The notes under the pieces were generated by a model. That model did not search any database, was not told where the DNA came from, and saw only the letters and a list, made by a program, of their open reading frames with translations. Source: an archaeon (GTDB lineage: Archaea > Undinarchaeota > CAZHTU01 > JBDRCC01). Taken from it: 64,000 nucleotides of DNA. Both the position numbers and the translations under genes were made by a program. Below are positions 12,446 through 21,005 of this stretch, piece after piece. The DNA lies in assembly GCA_043822065.1 (NCBI GenBank), contig JBDRCC010000007.1, positions 32,001 to 96,000 on the forward strand. Reading direction: 5' to 3'. The stretch's first letter is position 1; each line of letters starts with the position of its first letter.

Positions 12446-12454
12446 GAAATAGCA

Positions 12455-12485
12455 TCCAGAAGCAGCCATAAGGCTGCTTCCTGGA
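12455..12485 (+). other. Stable intergenic stem-loop between tuf and rps10
   Basis: TCCAG-AAGCAGCC-ATAA-GGCTGCTT-C-CTGGA: 13 bp with one bulge. Confidence 0.7.
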
Positions 12486-12499
12486 ACATTTAGAAGAAC

Positions 12500-12808
12500 A
12501 TGTCAACAGCTCGAATAAGGCTGATAAGCACGAACCTGGACAGCTTAGCCAGCATTTGTGCCGAAATCGGCGACATAGCGAAGCGGACATCGACCAAACT
12601 GAAGGGTCCAATCCCACTTCCGACAAAGAAGATGCGGGTTACCACGCGCAAGTCTGTTTCAGGCGACGGCACGGCAACTTTTGACCGCTGGGAAATGCGA
12701 ATCCACAAGCGGCTCATAGACATCGAGACTACCGAGCGCGCCATGAGGCAGATAATGCGCATTCAGGTTCCGGAAGACGTCCAGATTGAGATAGAAGTCC
12801 CGACTTAG
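12500..12808 (+). CDS. rps10: 30S ribosomal protein S10 (uS10)
   Basis: [22 protein letters not shown]. Confidence 0.98.
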   Translation: MSTARIRLISTNLDSLASICAEIGDIAKRTSTKLKGPIPLPTKKMRVTTRKSVSGDGTATFDRWEMRIHKRLIDIETTERAMRQIMRIQVPEDVQIEIEVPT

Positions 12809-12858
12809 GGAGTAGTTTCTCGATAATTATTAAACCGAGCCAGCAATAGCTTTTTTTG

Positions 12859-13638
12859 ATGAAGACATCCATCCTAATTACCAACGACGACGGCCCGAAC
12901 TCGCCCTTTCTCGCCCCCCTTGCGAGCGAACTATCCTCGCTTGGCAACATTACAGTCTGCGTTCCCGCGGTCCAGCAGTCCGCAATAGGCACCGCGTTCT
13001 CCGCCCAGTACCCAATCTCCTACTATGAGGAGCAGCTCAACGGCGGCAAGATGTACATCGTCTCAGGCTCGCCAATCGACTGTTTCAGGATGGCGTACCA
13101 CAACCTCGTCGGAAAGCGCCCGGACATTGTCGTCAGCGGGATAAACCTCGGGGAGAACCTTTCCTTGATTTCAACAGCATCTTCCGGCACCCTTGGCGTC
13201 GTCAGCTATGCGGCAATGCACGGAATCTCGGGAATCGCATTCAGCCAGGAGGTCAGGCTCGAGGCCCTGAAGTACCACCGCGGCAGCATAGACCTTCCTG
13301 CGTCAATCCCCTCCAAACTGGCAAAGCGGATGGTGTCTGCCATTCTTAAGAAGGGAATGCCGGAGGGCGCCGACTTCCTGAACGTTAATTTTCCAGCCGG
13401 CGTGAAAATGTCAACCCCAATAAAGATAACGCCCTTATCTAAAGCATACTACAAGGACGCGTTGGATCCGAGGAAGGACCCCCACGGCAGGCTTTACTAC
13501 TGGAACGCAGGCAAGCCAGTGCTCAAGGGCGCCAAAGGGACGGACACATATGAGCTGAAAAGCGGATTTGTCTCGGTTACGCCAATAGCCCTGCCACACA
13601 GCCCGAAAACTCAGCTTCTTCCAGATTTTTTTAGGTAA
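12859..13638 (+). CDS. surE: 5'/3'-nucleotidase SurE
   Basis: ILITNDDG, SGINLGEN, SGT, DPHGRLYYW, VSVTPI. Confidence 0.93.
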   Translation: MKTSILITNDDGPNSPFLAPLASELSSLGNITVCVPAVQQSAIGTAFSAQYPISYYEEQLNGGKMYIVSGSPIDCFRMAYHNLVGKRPDIVVSGINLGENLSLISTASSGTLGVVSYAAMHGISGIAFSQEVRLEALKYHRGSIDLPASIPSKLAKRMVSAILKKGMPEGADFLNVNFPAGVKMSTPIKITPLSKAYYKDALDPRKDPHGRLYYWNAGKPVLKGAKGTDTYELKSGFVSVTPIALPHSPKTQLLPDFFR

Positions 13639-13709
13639 ACGCCGGAAAATATCCCCTGCGCGCCTATGAGTTAATGATTTAAATCACCTGCACATTTATT
13701 GCACTCCTA

Positions 13710-14246
13710 ATGCCGTTAAGCAACAACCAGATACTTGGCGTAGTCATATCGGTTGTAGTATTCACCCTCGTTGCCCATACCTTCTACCCGCGGCTTTTTC
13801 TTTTCACTGCTTTTGTCGCCCTTGGGCTGATAAGCAAGTACTATAAGGCGCTTTACGCAGTCTCCTTCCTCATAGTTGACCTGACTGACCTTTTTGTTTA
13901 CCTGACATTCTACAAGCTGGGGCCAAGCTACGCTTTCATGATTGCCCCAATATTCGCCTACACCTATCTTGCGATGGGATGGGCTGGAAACGAGGGGCCG
14001 ACCGACGCAACCGCCAGGCTAATCGGAATACTCATCTCAACCCTCCTCCTGTTCCAGCTTGGGGTGATGTTTCCGCCCATGATGGCGATAGTGATATACG
14101 TCACAGTCGCAGGCTTCATCTGGGGGATGCTGCAGATGCTGGTTTTTCACATACCCAATCCCATATACTTCCCCATCGCCCTATGCCGGGGCGTCCTTTA
14201 CTACAAGCTCCTTCCATATTTTATGCCCCTCCTCGGGTTAGGCTAA
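13710..14246 (+). CDS. Integral membrane protein, possible ECF S-component fold (paralog 1)
   Basis: About 6 hydrophobic segments; colinear paralog of the next gene; own TTTAAA box about 25-30 nt upstream. Confidence 0.7.
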   Translation: MPLSNNQILGVVISVVVFTLVAHTFYPRLFLFTAFVALGLISKYYKALYAVSFLIVDLTDLFVYLTFYKLGPSYAFMIAPIFAYTYLAMGWAGNEGPTDATARLIGILISTLLLFQLGVMFPPMMAIVIYVTVAGFIWGMLQMLVFHIPNPIYFPIALCRGVLYYKLLPYFMPLLGLG

Positions 14247-14293
14247 AACCCCGAAAGTTAAGGATTTAAAGCGGACCGTACTCTAGTGGATAG

Positions 14294-14842
14294 ATGCCGC
14301 TCAGCAAAAACAAGATAGTGGGGGCTGCCATAACTCTTAGCCTATTGACCGTACTAACCAACACCTACTATCCAAAGCTTTTCTACTTCCTGGTGTTCGC
14401 AAGCATCGGCCTCATCTCGAAGTACTACAAGGCGGTTTACGCAGTCTCTTTCCTGATAATCGACCTGACGGATTTTTTTGTAATCCTCGCCTTCTACAAG
14501 CTCGGCTCTACCTACGCGTTCGCGCTCGTGCCGATTTTTGCCTATTTTTACCTTGTAACTGGATTGTACGGCAATGAGGGCCCAACGGACTGCACCTCTA
14601 GATTCATAGGGCATTTGCTCAACACCCTCCTGTTGTTTTACACTGCCGCCGTGTACCCTCCTGCGACTGTCTTTTTCATCTATATACTATTGGCCGGCCT
14701 AATCTGGGGTACAAACCAGATGCTGATGTTCCACATAATAAACCCAGTCTACTACCCCATAGCTATCTGCCGCGCAGCGCTCTACTGGCGGGTTCTGCCA
14801 TACCTCCTTCCGCTTATCGGTTTAGCGACTATCCCCCCTTAG
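14294..14842 (+). CDS. Integral membrane protein, possible ECF S-component fold (paralog 2)
   Basis: Shares GLISKYYKAxYAVSFLIxDLTD and GNEGPTD with the upstream gene. Confidence 0.7.
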   Translation: MPLSKNKIVGAAITLSLLTVLTNTYYPKLFYFLVFASIGLISKYYKAVYAVSFLIIDLTDFFVILAFYKLGSTYAFALVPIFAYFYLVTGLYGNEGPTDCTSRFIGHLLNTLLLFYTAAVYPPATVFFIYILLAGLIWGTNQMLMFHIINPVYYPIAICRAALYWRVLPYLLPLIGLATIPP

Positions 14843-14891
14843 CCCCGCAACTGCATAAAGCATATAAAGATTTCCCGGCTATACTCCGGAT

Positions 14892-15476
14892 ATGAAACTC
14901 AGTGAAAGGTTGGCACATTACCTTCCGAACGACTGGAAGATATACGCGTTCACAGCCGTGGCTCTCCTCTCGCTTGGGCTATACTTCGTAATACTCGGGC
15001 TTATACAGTTTGCAGGCACGCTAAAGCTCATTTTCCTTTTCATCTCGCTCACAATCCTCATCATAATAATGCGGTTTCCCGAGAGGATATCCGAAGTGGG
15101 CGGGACGGACATAGAGCTCGTCCTGATAGCATTCATGGGCGCATTCTACGGCCCGACAATAGGCGGGGCGTTCGGCTTCCTGTCGACCGCAGTTTCCGAA
15201 TACTTCACTGCGAACACGCCGCAGTACCGGATAGCCGAGACTATAGCACACACGATAGTCGGGATAGTCGCCGGGCTTTGGCTCACCCTGACTCCAGAGA
15301 ACTACATGTTCGTCCTGATGGTTTTTGTCGTCGTTTCCCATGTAATCTCCCGCCCGATTTGCATCGCAATCGGCTGCCCGTTTGTCCCTCAGGTCGGCTA
15401 CATGTTCGTCAACATCCTCTGGTCCTACGTCATAATCCGCCAGTTCGGGCTTTACCTCTTCAGCATATTCGCGTGA
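14892..15476 (+). CDS. Integral membrane protein, ECF S-component-like
   Basis: Multiple TM helices; AFYGPTIGGAFG resembles the YGPxxG helix of S-components. Confidence 0.65.
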   Translation: MKLSERLAHYLPNDWKIYAFTAVALLSLGLYFVILGLIQFAGTLKLIFLFISLTILIIIMRFPERISEVGGTDIELVLIAFMGAFYGPTIGGAFGFLSTAVSEYFTANTPQYRIAETIAHTIVGIVAGLWLTLTPENYMFVLMVFVVVSHVISRPICIAIGCPFVPQVGYMFVNILWSYVIIRQFGLYLFSIFA

Positions 15477-15481
15477 GCCAA

Positions 15482-15811
15482 ATGGAAACAATAAGCTACT
15501 CAGACTTCAAAAAAATGGAGCTCAGGGTAGGGAAAATCCTCCTGGTCTCCCGCGTCGAGGGCGCAGACAAGCTCTACAAACTGAAGGTAGACATAGGCCG
15601 GGGTGAGCCAATATCGCTGGTCACCGGGCTTGTGCCATACTACTCTGAAGACAAGCTCCTTGGGAAAGAGATTGTAGTTCTCGTCAACCTAGAGCCGAAG
15701 AAGCTCAAGGGCGAAGTGTCCAACGGAATGCTCCTATGCGCCGAGGACGGCGGCAAGGTCGCGCTGCTGAAGCCCGACTTTGGCGTCTCACCCGGCTCAG
15801 TTGTGGACTGA
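15482..15811 (+). CDS. Stand-alone tRNA-binding OB-fold protein (MetRS C-terminal/Trbp111/CsaA family)
   Basis: ISYSDFKKMELRVGKI, GADKLYKLKVDIG, NLEPKKLKGEVSNGMLL. Confidence 0.92.
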   Translation: METISYSDFKKMELRVGKILLVSRVEGADKLYKLKVDIGRGEPISLVTGLVPYYSEDKLLGKEIVVLVNLEPKKLKGEVSNGMLLCAEDGGKVALLKPDFGVSPGSVVD

Positions 15812-15854
15812 GAAAAGTTTTAAACAAACACCCACTATACTTTAACTACCTCAT

Positions 15855-15942
15855 GCCGAGGTGGCAGAATCTGGCTAATGCGCTGGTCTTGAGAACCAGT
15901 GGGCCTTTCGGGTCCGTATGAGTTCAAATCTCATCCTCGGCG
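15855..15942 (+). tRNA. tRNA-Ser(TGA)
   Basis: Acceptor GCCGAGG/CCTCGGC + G73, anticodon arm CTGGT-CTTGAGA-ACCAG, long variable arm, T-loop TTCAAAT. Confidence 0.95.
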
Positions 15943-15998
15943 CTTTTCATTCAGAATCAATCCTAAGGTATATATATCGCGCGCATTTACACAGGGGC

Positions 15999-16574
15999 AT
16001 GGGGATACTAAAAGAGGCGCGTTTTGAAAAATCACTTCATGAGACGGAAAAAATACTGTACGCCATTGTACCGTCGCTTTTGAGCAGTCCACACATATGG
16101 TTGGGCGTTTTCCTGTTCTTCTACGGCATACTCTTAGGTTCTTTTATTTCAGGAGCAGGCATCTTCTTTCTCATTCTCAGTATCCTGATGATACAATGGG
16201 GATATGTCAAAATAAAAAGGACAACATACTACATCACAAACGTGCGGGTAGTTATGGAGTTGCCATTTTTTAATTATCACGTGATGGACATAACCTACGA
16301 CAAAATCACAGATGTCCAAGCACGCCAAAGCTTTTTAGAGCGCATCCTTGACTATGGTCACGTAATCATCAACACAGCAGGCACCCCTCTTTCTGAACTC
16401 AAGATTATGGGGGTTAGAAACTATGCTGAGCTGGGTGAGGCGATAAATGGCTGCCGCGCAAAAAAATCCACAACAACGGAAGAATCCCCCTTGGCTATCC
16501 TAAAGAAAAGGTTTGCCAGAGGCGAGATAAATGAAGACGAATTTTTGAAAAAGAAGCGACTCTTGGCAGAATAG
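15999..16574 (+). CDS. Membrane protein with bacterial PH (bPH_2) domain and C-terminal SHOCT domain
   Basis: Two TM helices, YYITNVRV...YDKITDV..RQSFLERILDYGHVIINTAG, ILKKRFARGEINEDEF. Confidence 0.85.
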   Translation: MGILKEARFEKSLHETEKILYAIVPSLLSSPHIWLGVFLFFYGILLGSFISGAGIFFLILSILMIQWGYVKIKRTTYYITNVRVVMELPFFNYHVMDITYDKITDVQARQSFLERILDYGHVIINTAGTPLSELKIMGVRNYAELGEAINGCRAKKSTTTEESPLAILKKRFARGEINEDEFLKKKRLLAE

Positions 16575-16695
16575 GACATCCTATGTGCTTTTTATTCCAA
16601 AGAAACAAAAACCCGTTTCCTTGGCACCTCTTTTTACGCGGTTTAGTTGAAACCTAAATAAAAGAATAAGAACTAGATGTTCTTTACTCACAAAT

Positions 16696-17343
16696 ATGTG
16701 GCCGTTCAAGAAGGACAAGAAAACCGAAATAGAAAAACGGAAGAAGACGCTCGAAAAGAAAAAGGCGAAAATTGACAAGAAAAAGAAGGACGCTGCCGAA
16801 AAGTCAAAAACGCCGAAGGTAAAGGGCGGCAAAGAGCCCCCTGCTGCAAAGATGGGGGGCGTCGCCGACCGGCTTGAGCGCGGGCTTGAGCAGCTCGAGA
16901 AGCTTGGCGAGGAGGAATATTACCAGCCGGACTCCAAGCCATACGAGTTCCGGTTTGGTCAGGGGATTGTCAACCTTAATGTGCGCGGCAAGACGCTAGC
17001 CGACCTGTTCGAGAACGCAGCCGAAGCCATGTTTGGCGTAATGGTCGACCTCAACCAGATCGAGGCTGTGGACTCTAAGACCGTTGAAGTCGAGTCGGCG
17101 TATCCTGCGGACATGCTGAAGGCGTGGCTCGACAGCCTGCTATTCCACTACGGCGTGGACTATCTTATCTTCAGCGACTTTGATGTCAAAATAACCGGCA
17201 ACAAGCTTACTGGAACGGCTACCGGCGAGGAGCTTGACAGCAAAATGCATGAAAAGAAATGCGAGGTCAAAAACATACTCAAGGACGTGCAAATCGAGCA
17301 AAAAAGGAACGGTTTTGAGGCGAAATTGTCCCTCGAAATATAA
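16696..17343 (+). CDS. Archease-like protein with Lys-rich N-terminal extension (catalytic motifs degenerate)
   Basis: GKTLADLFENAAEAMF, WLDSLLF, GEELD...EVK match the archease fold. Confidence 0.8.
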   Translation: MWPFKKDKKTEIEKRKKTLEKKKAKIDKKKKDAAEKSKTPKVKGGKEPPAAKMGGVADRLERGLEQLEKLGEEEYYQPDSKPYEFRFGQGIVNLNVRGKTLADLFENAAEAMFGVMVDLNQIEAVDSKTVEVESAYPADMLKAWLDSLLFHYGVDYLIFSDFDVKITGNKLTGTATGEELDSKMHEKKCEVKNILKDVQIEQKRNGFEAKLSLEI

Positions 17344-17360
17344 TTGCCGCCCCTCGATGA

Positions 17361-17373
17361 AAACCTTTATAAA
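17361..17373 (+). promoter_or_regulatory. BRE/TATA promoter core of the L3 superoperon
   Basis: AAACCTTTATAAA, identical to the cores upstream of rps13 and rpl7Ae. Confidence 0.75.
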
Positions 17374-17447
17374 TGAGGGCACTAAATATGTTGTCACCCT
17401 CGAGGGAATCGAGCGGTTTTTTCGATTTATCATATCGAGAATAGACT

Positions 17448-18440
17448 ATGACTAGATGGAAGGGTAAGCCCCGTGCGGGCTCTCGTGCATACAGCCCTAG
17501 GAAGAGGGCAGCATCGCAGTCAGCTCGCGTTAGGTCCTGGCCCGTTTCTGTGAAGTCCGAGAAGCCAGTTTTCCTTGCCGGCTTTGCAGGCTACAAGGCA
17601 GGGATGACCCACTGCTTTGCCATCGACAATCGAAAGGATTCCCATTCGTCCGGCAAAGAAATCATGCTCTCCTGCACAGTCCTTGAAACCCCACCTCTTG
17701 TTCTCTTCGGCGCCCGTGCGTACAAGAAAACCCCATACGGCCTTGTCATACTCTCTGAAACCTACTCAAGTGATAACAGCAAATACGTCCTCGCCCGCGT
17801 CCGGCCTGGCAAGCCAAATGCAAACTTCGCCCAGGAGTCCGCAGGCGCATACGATATACGTGCACTTCTCCACACCCAGCCTTACAAGCTGAAGGGCGTC
17901 CCGAAAAAGGTGCCGGAAGTAATAGAGCTCGGGCTTCTCGGCTCGAACGAGGAGAAGCTCAAGTTCATCCAGGAAAAGCTCGGCAAGGAAGTGCCAGTCT
18001 CTGAGGTCCTAAGCCCAGGGCAGTTTATCGATGCCCTTGCAGTGACGAAAGGCAAGGGATTCCAGGGCAGGATAAAGCGGTTCGGCGTAAAGATGATGAA
18101 GCGCAAGCAGGCATCGCTGAAGACCAGGCGCTCAGGCACCATCGGCGGAAGGCAGACTGGAACAAGGTGGCAGGTACCGATGCCAGGCCAGATGGGCTAC
18201 CACCAGAGGTGCGAATACAACAAAAAGCTCATACTCGTCGGGAGCGAGCCCATAACCCCGAAGGGCGGGTTCATACGCTACGGCGAAGTAGTCGGGGATT
18301 ACGTCCTTGTCGAAGGCTCAGTCCCAGGCCCGACGAAGCGGCTCATCACCATCCGGCACGCGCTCAGGTCGTCGCCAACTTACGCTCCAAAGCCAATCGA
18401 AATAACCTATATCAGCAGGGAGTCAAAGCAGGGAGCATAG
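17448..18440 (+). CDS. rpl3: 50S ribosomal protein L3 (uL3)
   Basis: GFAGYKAGMTH, TKGKGFQG, GQMGYHQR, GSVPGPTKRL. Confidence 0.98.
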   Translation: MTRWKGKPRAGSRAYSPRKRAASQSARVRSWPVSVKSEKPVFLAGFAGYKAGMTHCFAIDNRKDSHSSGKEIMLSCTVLETPPLVLFGARAYKKTPYGLVILSETYSSDNSKYVLARVRPGKPNANFAQESAGAYDIRALLHTQPYKLKGVPKKVPEVIELGLLGSNEEKLKFIQEKLGKEVPVSEVLSPGQFIDALAVTKGKGFQGRIKRFGVKMMKRKQASLKTRRSGTIGGRQTGTRWQVPMPGQMGYHQRCEYNKKLILVGSEPITPKGGFIRYGEVVGDYVLVEGSVPGPTKRLITIRHALRSSPTYAPKPIEITYISRESKQGA

Positions 18441-18441
18441 A

Positions 18442-19266
18442 ATGAAAGCAGCAGTATATTCCAAATCGGGTGCGAAGACAAAAGACATAGAGCTCCCGCG
18501 GGTTTTCAATACCGAATACCGCCCAGACCTGATAAAGCGCGCGCATCTCGCATTCATGTCCAACACCTACCAGCCGAAGGGCGCTGACCCAATGGCTGGC
18601 AAGAGGAACACTGCCGAAAACTGGGGCAAGGGCGGAGGCATCTCGAGGGTTAGGCGCATCAAGGCAGGCCCAATGCGGAAAGGGCGCGGGTCAAAGCGCT
18701 ACCGTGCGAAGTTCGGAAGCTTCCACGCAGCCGGCAGGGCGGCGTTCTCGCCATGCAACGTCGGCGGATACAGGGCGCACCCCCCTAAGGTCGCCAAGAT
18801 TCTCACTCTCAAGATAAACTCAAAAGAAAAGGCGTATGCAGTCAGGTCCGCAATTGCAGCCACTGCGCAGAAAGACGTTGTTTCCTCAAGGGGGCACGAC
18901 ATTGAAAAGCTCAAGTCGCTCCCGCTGGTTGTCGAGGACGATTTCTCAAAGATTTCAAAATCAAAGGATGCCGTCTTGGCGCTTGCAGCACTTGGCATTA
19001 TCGGAGATGTCGAAAAGTCAAAGCCAAAGAAGGTACGGGCCGGCCGCGGAAAGATGCGCGGCAGGAGATACCGCGAGAGGAAGGGCCCGCTTTTCGTGCT
19101 TGCATCAAACTCCCCTGCCTCCAAGGCGCTGAAGAACCTCGCAGGCTCAGACGTAGCCACAGCAAAATCAGTCAACATTGAGCAGCTCTCCCCTGGTGCG
19201 CACGGCGCGCGGCTAGTGGTCTGGACTGAGCAGGCGATAAAGGAAATTGGCGAGAGGTTCAAATGA
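18442..19266 (+). CDS. rpl4: 50S ribosomal protein L4 (uL4)
   Basis: RPDLIKRA, GGYRAHPPK, VRAGRGKMRGRRY, RLVVWT. Confidence 0.97.
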   Translation: MKAAVYSKSGAKTKDIELPRVFNTEYRPDLIKRAHLAFMSNTYQPKGADPMAGKRNTAENWGKGGGISRVRRIKAGPMRKGRGSKRYRAKFGSFHAAGRAAFSPCNVGGYRAHPPKVAKILTLKINSKEKAYAVRSAIAATAQKDVVSSRGHDIEKLKSLPLVVEDDFSKISKSKDAVLALAALGIIGDVEKSKPKKVRAGRGKMRGRRYRERKGPLFVLASNSPASKALKNLAGSDVATAKSVNIEQLSPGAHGARLVVWTEQAIKEIGERFK

Positions 19267-19520
19267 AGCCATACGACGTACTAATCAAGCCGCTGGTAAC
19301 TGAAAGGGCAATCGACCAGATTGAGAAGCAGAACAAGCTGCACTTCCTTGTGAAGTCCTCTGCCACCAAGAAGGATATCGCGGCGGCCGTTGAGAGCCTT
19401 TACAAGGTCAAGGTCCACTCAGTAAACGTACAGATAAAGTTTGGCATCAAGAAGGCATACGTCCGCCTTGCGCCGGAGAATTCCGCCGCAGATGTGGCAG
19501 CCAAGCTAGGGATAGTATAA
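19263..19520 (+). CDS. rpl23: 50S ribosomal protein L23 (uL23)
   Basis: PLVTERA, NKLHFLV, KKAYVRL. Confidence 0.97.
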   Translation: MKPYDVLIKPLVTERAIDQIEKQNKLHFLVKSSATKKDIAAAVESLYKVKVHSVNVQIKFGIKKAYVRLAPENSAADVAAKLGIV

Positions 19521-20215
19521 TGGGAAAACGAATCATCTCTCAGAGGCGCGGGAAGGGAAGCCCAGCATACAGGTTCCCAAGCCACCGCAGCAAGGGCATG
19601 ATAGCCCTCGCACCCCTCTCTAACCAGGATGCGTTCGTCGTCGAGGACATTTTCCACAACCAGGCGCATTCGACCCCGCTCGCAAGAATCGTGTCACAAA
19701 GCGGGTTCAAGACGCTCATACCTGCCGCAGAGGGAATGTACGTCGGGCAGAAGCTCGTTGGCGTCCAGCCGGGCGTTCCGATGACGATGCGGGACATACC
19801 TGTCGGCAAAAACGTATACAACATCGAGCTCAGCCCTGGCGACGGCGGAAAGCTCATGCGGAGCAGCGGGACCTCTGCACGGTTCGTCGCAATAGAAGGC
19901 AAGACTGCAGTCCTCCGCCTTCCGTCAGGCAAATTCAAGAACATTTCGCTCAACTGCCGCGCAATAATCGGCACAGCCGCTGGCGGCGGCAGGCGCGACA
20001 AGCCGCTGGTCAGGGCAGGCAACGCATACTATAAATACAAAGCAAGGAACAAGCTCTGGCCGAGGACTTCTGCGCTGCACATGAATGCAGTCGACCACCC
20101 ATTCGGTGGAGGCAGGCACCCGCACACAGGCAAGCCTGAGACGACTTCAAAGAATGCGCCTCCGGGACGGAAAGTAGGATACATCGGCGCCAGGCGGACG
20201 GGACACAAACGATAA
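19520..20215 (+). CDS. rpl2: 50S ribosomal protein L2 (uL2)
   Basis: MGKRIISQRRGKG, PGDGGKLMRSSG, MNAVDHPFGGG. Confidence 0.98.
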   Translation: MGKRIISQRRGKGSPAYRFPSHRSKGMIALAPLSNQDAFVVEDIFHNQAHSTPLARIVSQSGFKTLIPAAEGMYVGQKLVGVQPGVPMTMRDIPVGKNVYNIELSPGDGGKLMRSSGTSARFVAIEGKTAVLRLPSGKFKNISLNCRAIIGTAAGGGRRDKPLVRAGNAYYKYKARNKLWPRTSALHMNAVDHPFGGGRHPHTGKPETTSKNAPPGRKVGYIGARRTGHKR

Positions 20216-20592
20216 TGGCAAAGGAATTCACATACCGCGGAAAGACACTTGCAGAGCTCCAGTCCATGGATATCTCTGAATTTGCAAAGCTCGCGGACTC
20301 GCGCGCACGCAGGCGCCTGCTTGCGATGCCCGAGGTGGACAAGAAGCTCCTTAGGAAGATCCGCAAGGCATCAAAGCCGGTACGGACGCACCTTCGGGAT
20401 ATGGTAGTTGTCCCAGAGATGGTCGGCAAGGTACTCATGATTTACAACGGGAAAAGCTTCGAGCGGGTCGATATCCAGCCTGACATGGTTGGGCACCGCC
20501 TCGGCGAGTTTTCCATGACGCGGCCAAGGGTCAAACACTCGGCTCCGGGCATAGGCGCAACTAGGAGCAGCAAATACGTCTCACTCAAATGA
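20215..20592 (+). CDS. rps19: 30S ribosomal protein S19 (uS19)
   Basis: VRTHLRDMVVVPEMVG, MVGHRLGEFSMTR. Confidence 0.98.
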   Translation: MAKEFTYRGKTLAELQSMDISEFAKLADSRARRRLLAMPEVDKKLLRKIRKASKPVRTHLRDMVVVPEMVGKVLMIYNGKSFERVDIQPDMVGHRLGEFSMTRPRVKHSAPGIGATRSSKYVSLK

Positions 20593-21005
20593 AACTGAAA
20601 TACTGCTGTCAGACAAAGGGCGCGAAGGCGATGGGCAGGGACCTTCAGATTTCACCCAAACGGTCATACGAGGTTGCAAGGATGATCCGCGGGAAGAAGC
20701 TCGAAACCGCTAAGCGCGAGCTTGAGCTTGTCGTTGCAAAAAAGATGGCAGTCCCGCACGTCAGGTACAAGCGGAAGACCGGCCACAAGACAGGCATGAT
20801 GGCTGGCAGGTACCCGGTTAAGACTGCTGCAGAATTCCTTAAGGTGCTCAAGAATGCAGAATCAAACGCCAAAGACCTGAACAAGGACAAGCTCGTGGTA
20901 AGCCACATATCCGTCCACAAGGCGAGAATCATGTACGGGCGCAAGAAAGGCTCGCCCTACAACAAGAAAACATCGCATATACAGGTGGTATTGACTGAGG
21001 CATAA
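20589..21005 (+). CDS. rpl22: 50S ribosomal protein L22 (uL22)
   Basis: ISPKRSYEV..MIRG, GRYPVK, LKNAESNA, TSHIQVVL. Confidence 0.96.
   Translation: MKLKYCCQTKGAKAMGRDLQISPKRSYEVARMIRGKKLETAKRELELVVAKKMAVPHVRYKRKTGHKTGMMAGRYPVKTAAEFLKVLKNAESNAKDLNKDKLVVSHISVHKARIMYGRKKGSPYNKKTSHIQVVLTEA

Noticed and set aside
15918-15998. N-terminal extension of the PH-SHOCT ORF in the ORF track
   Set aside because: Overlaps tRNA-Ser(TGA); ATG 15999 follows a TATA-like box and is the better start.
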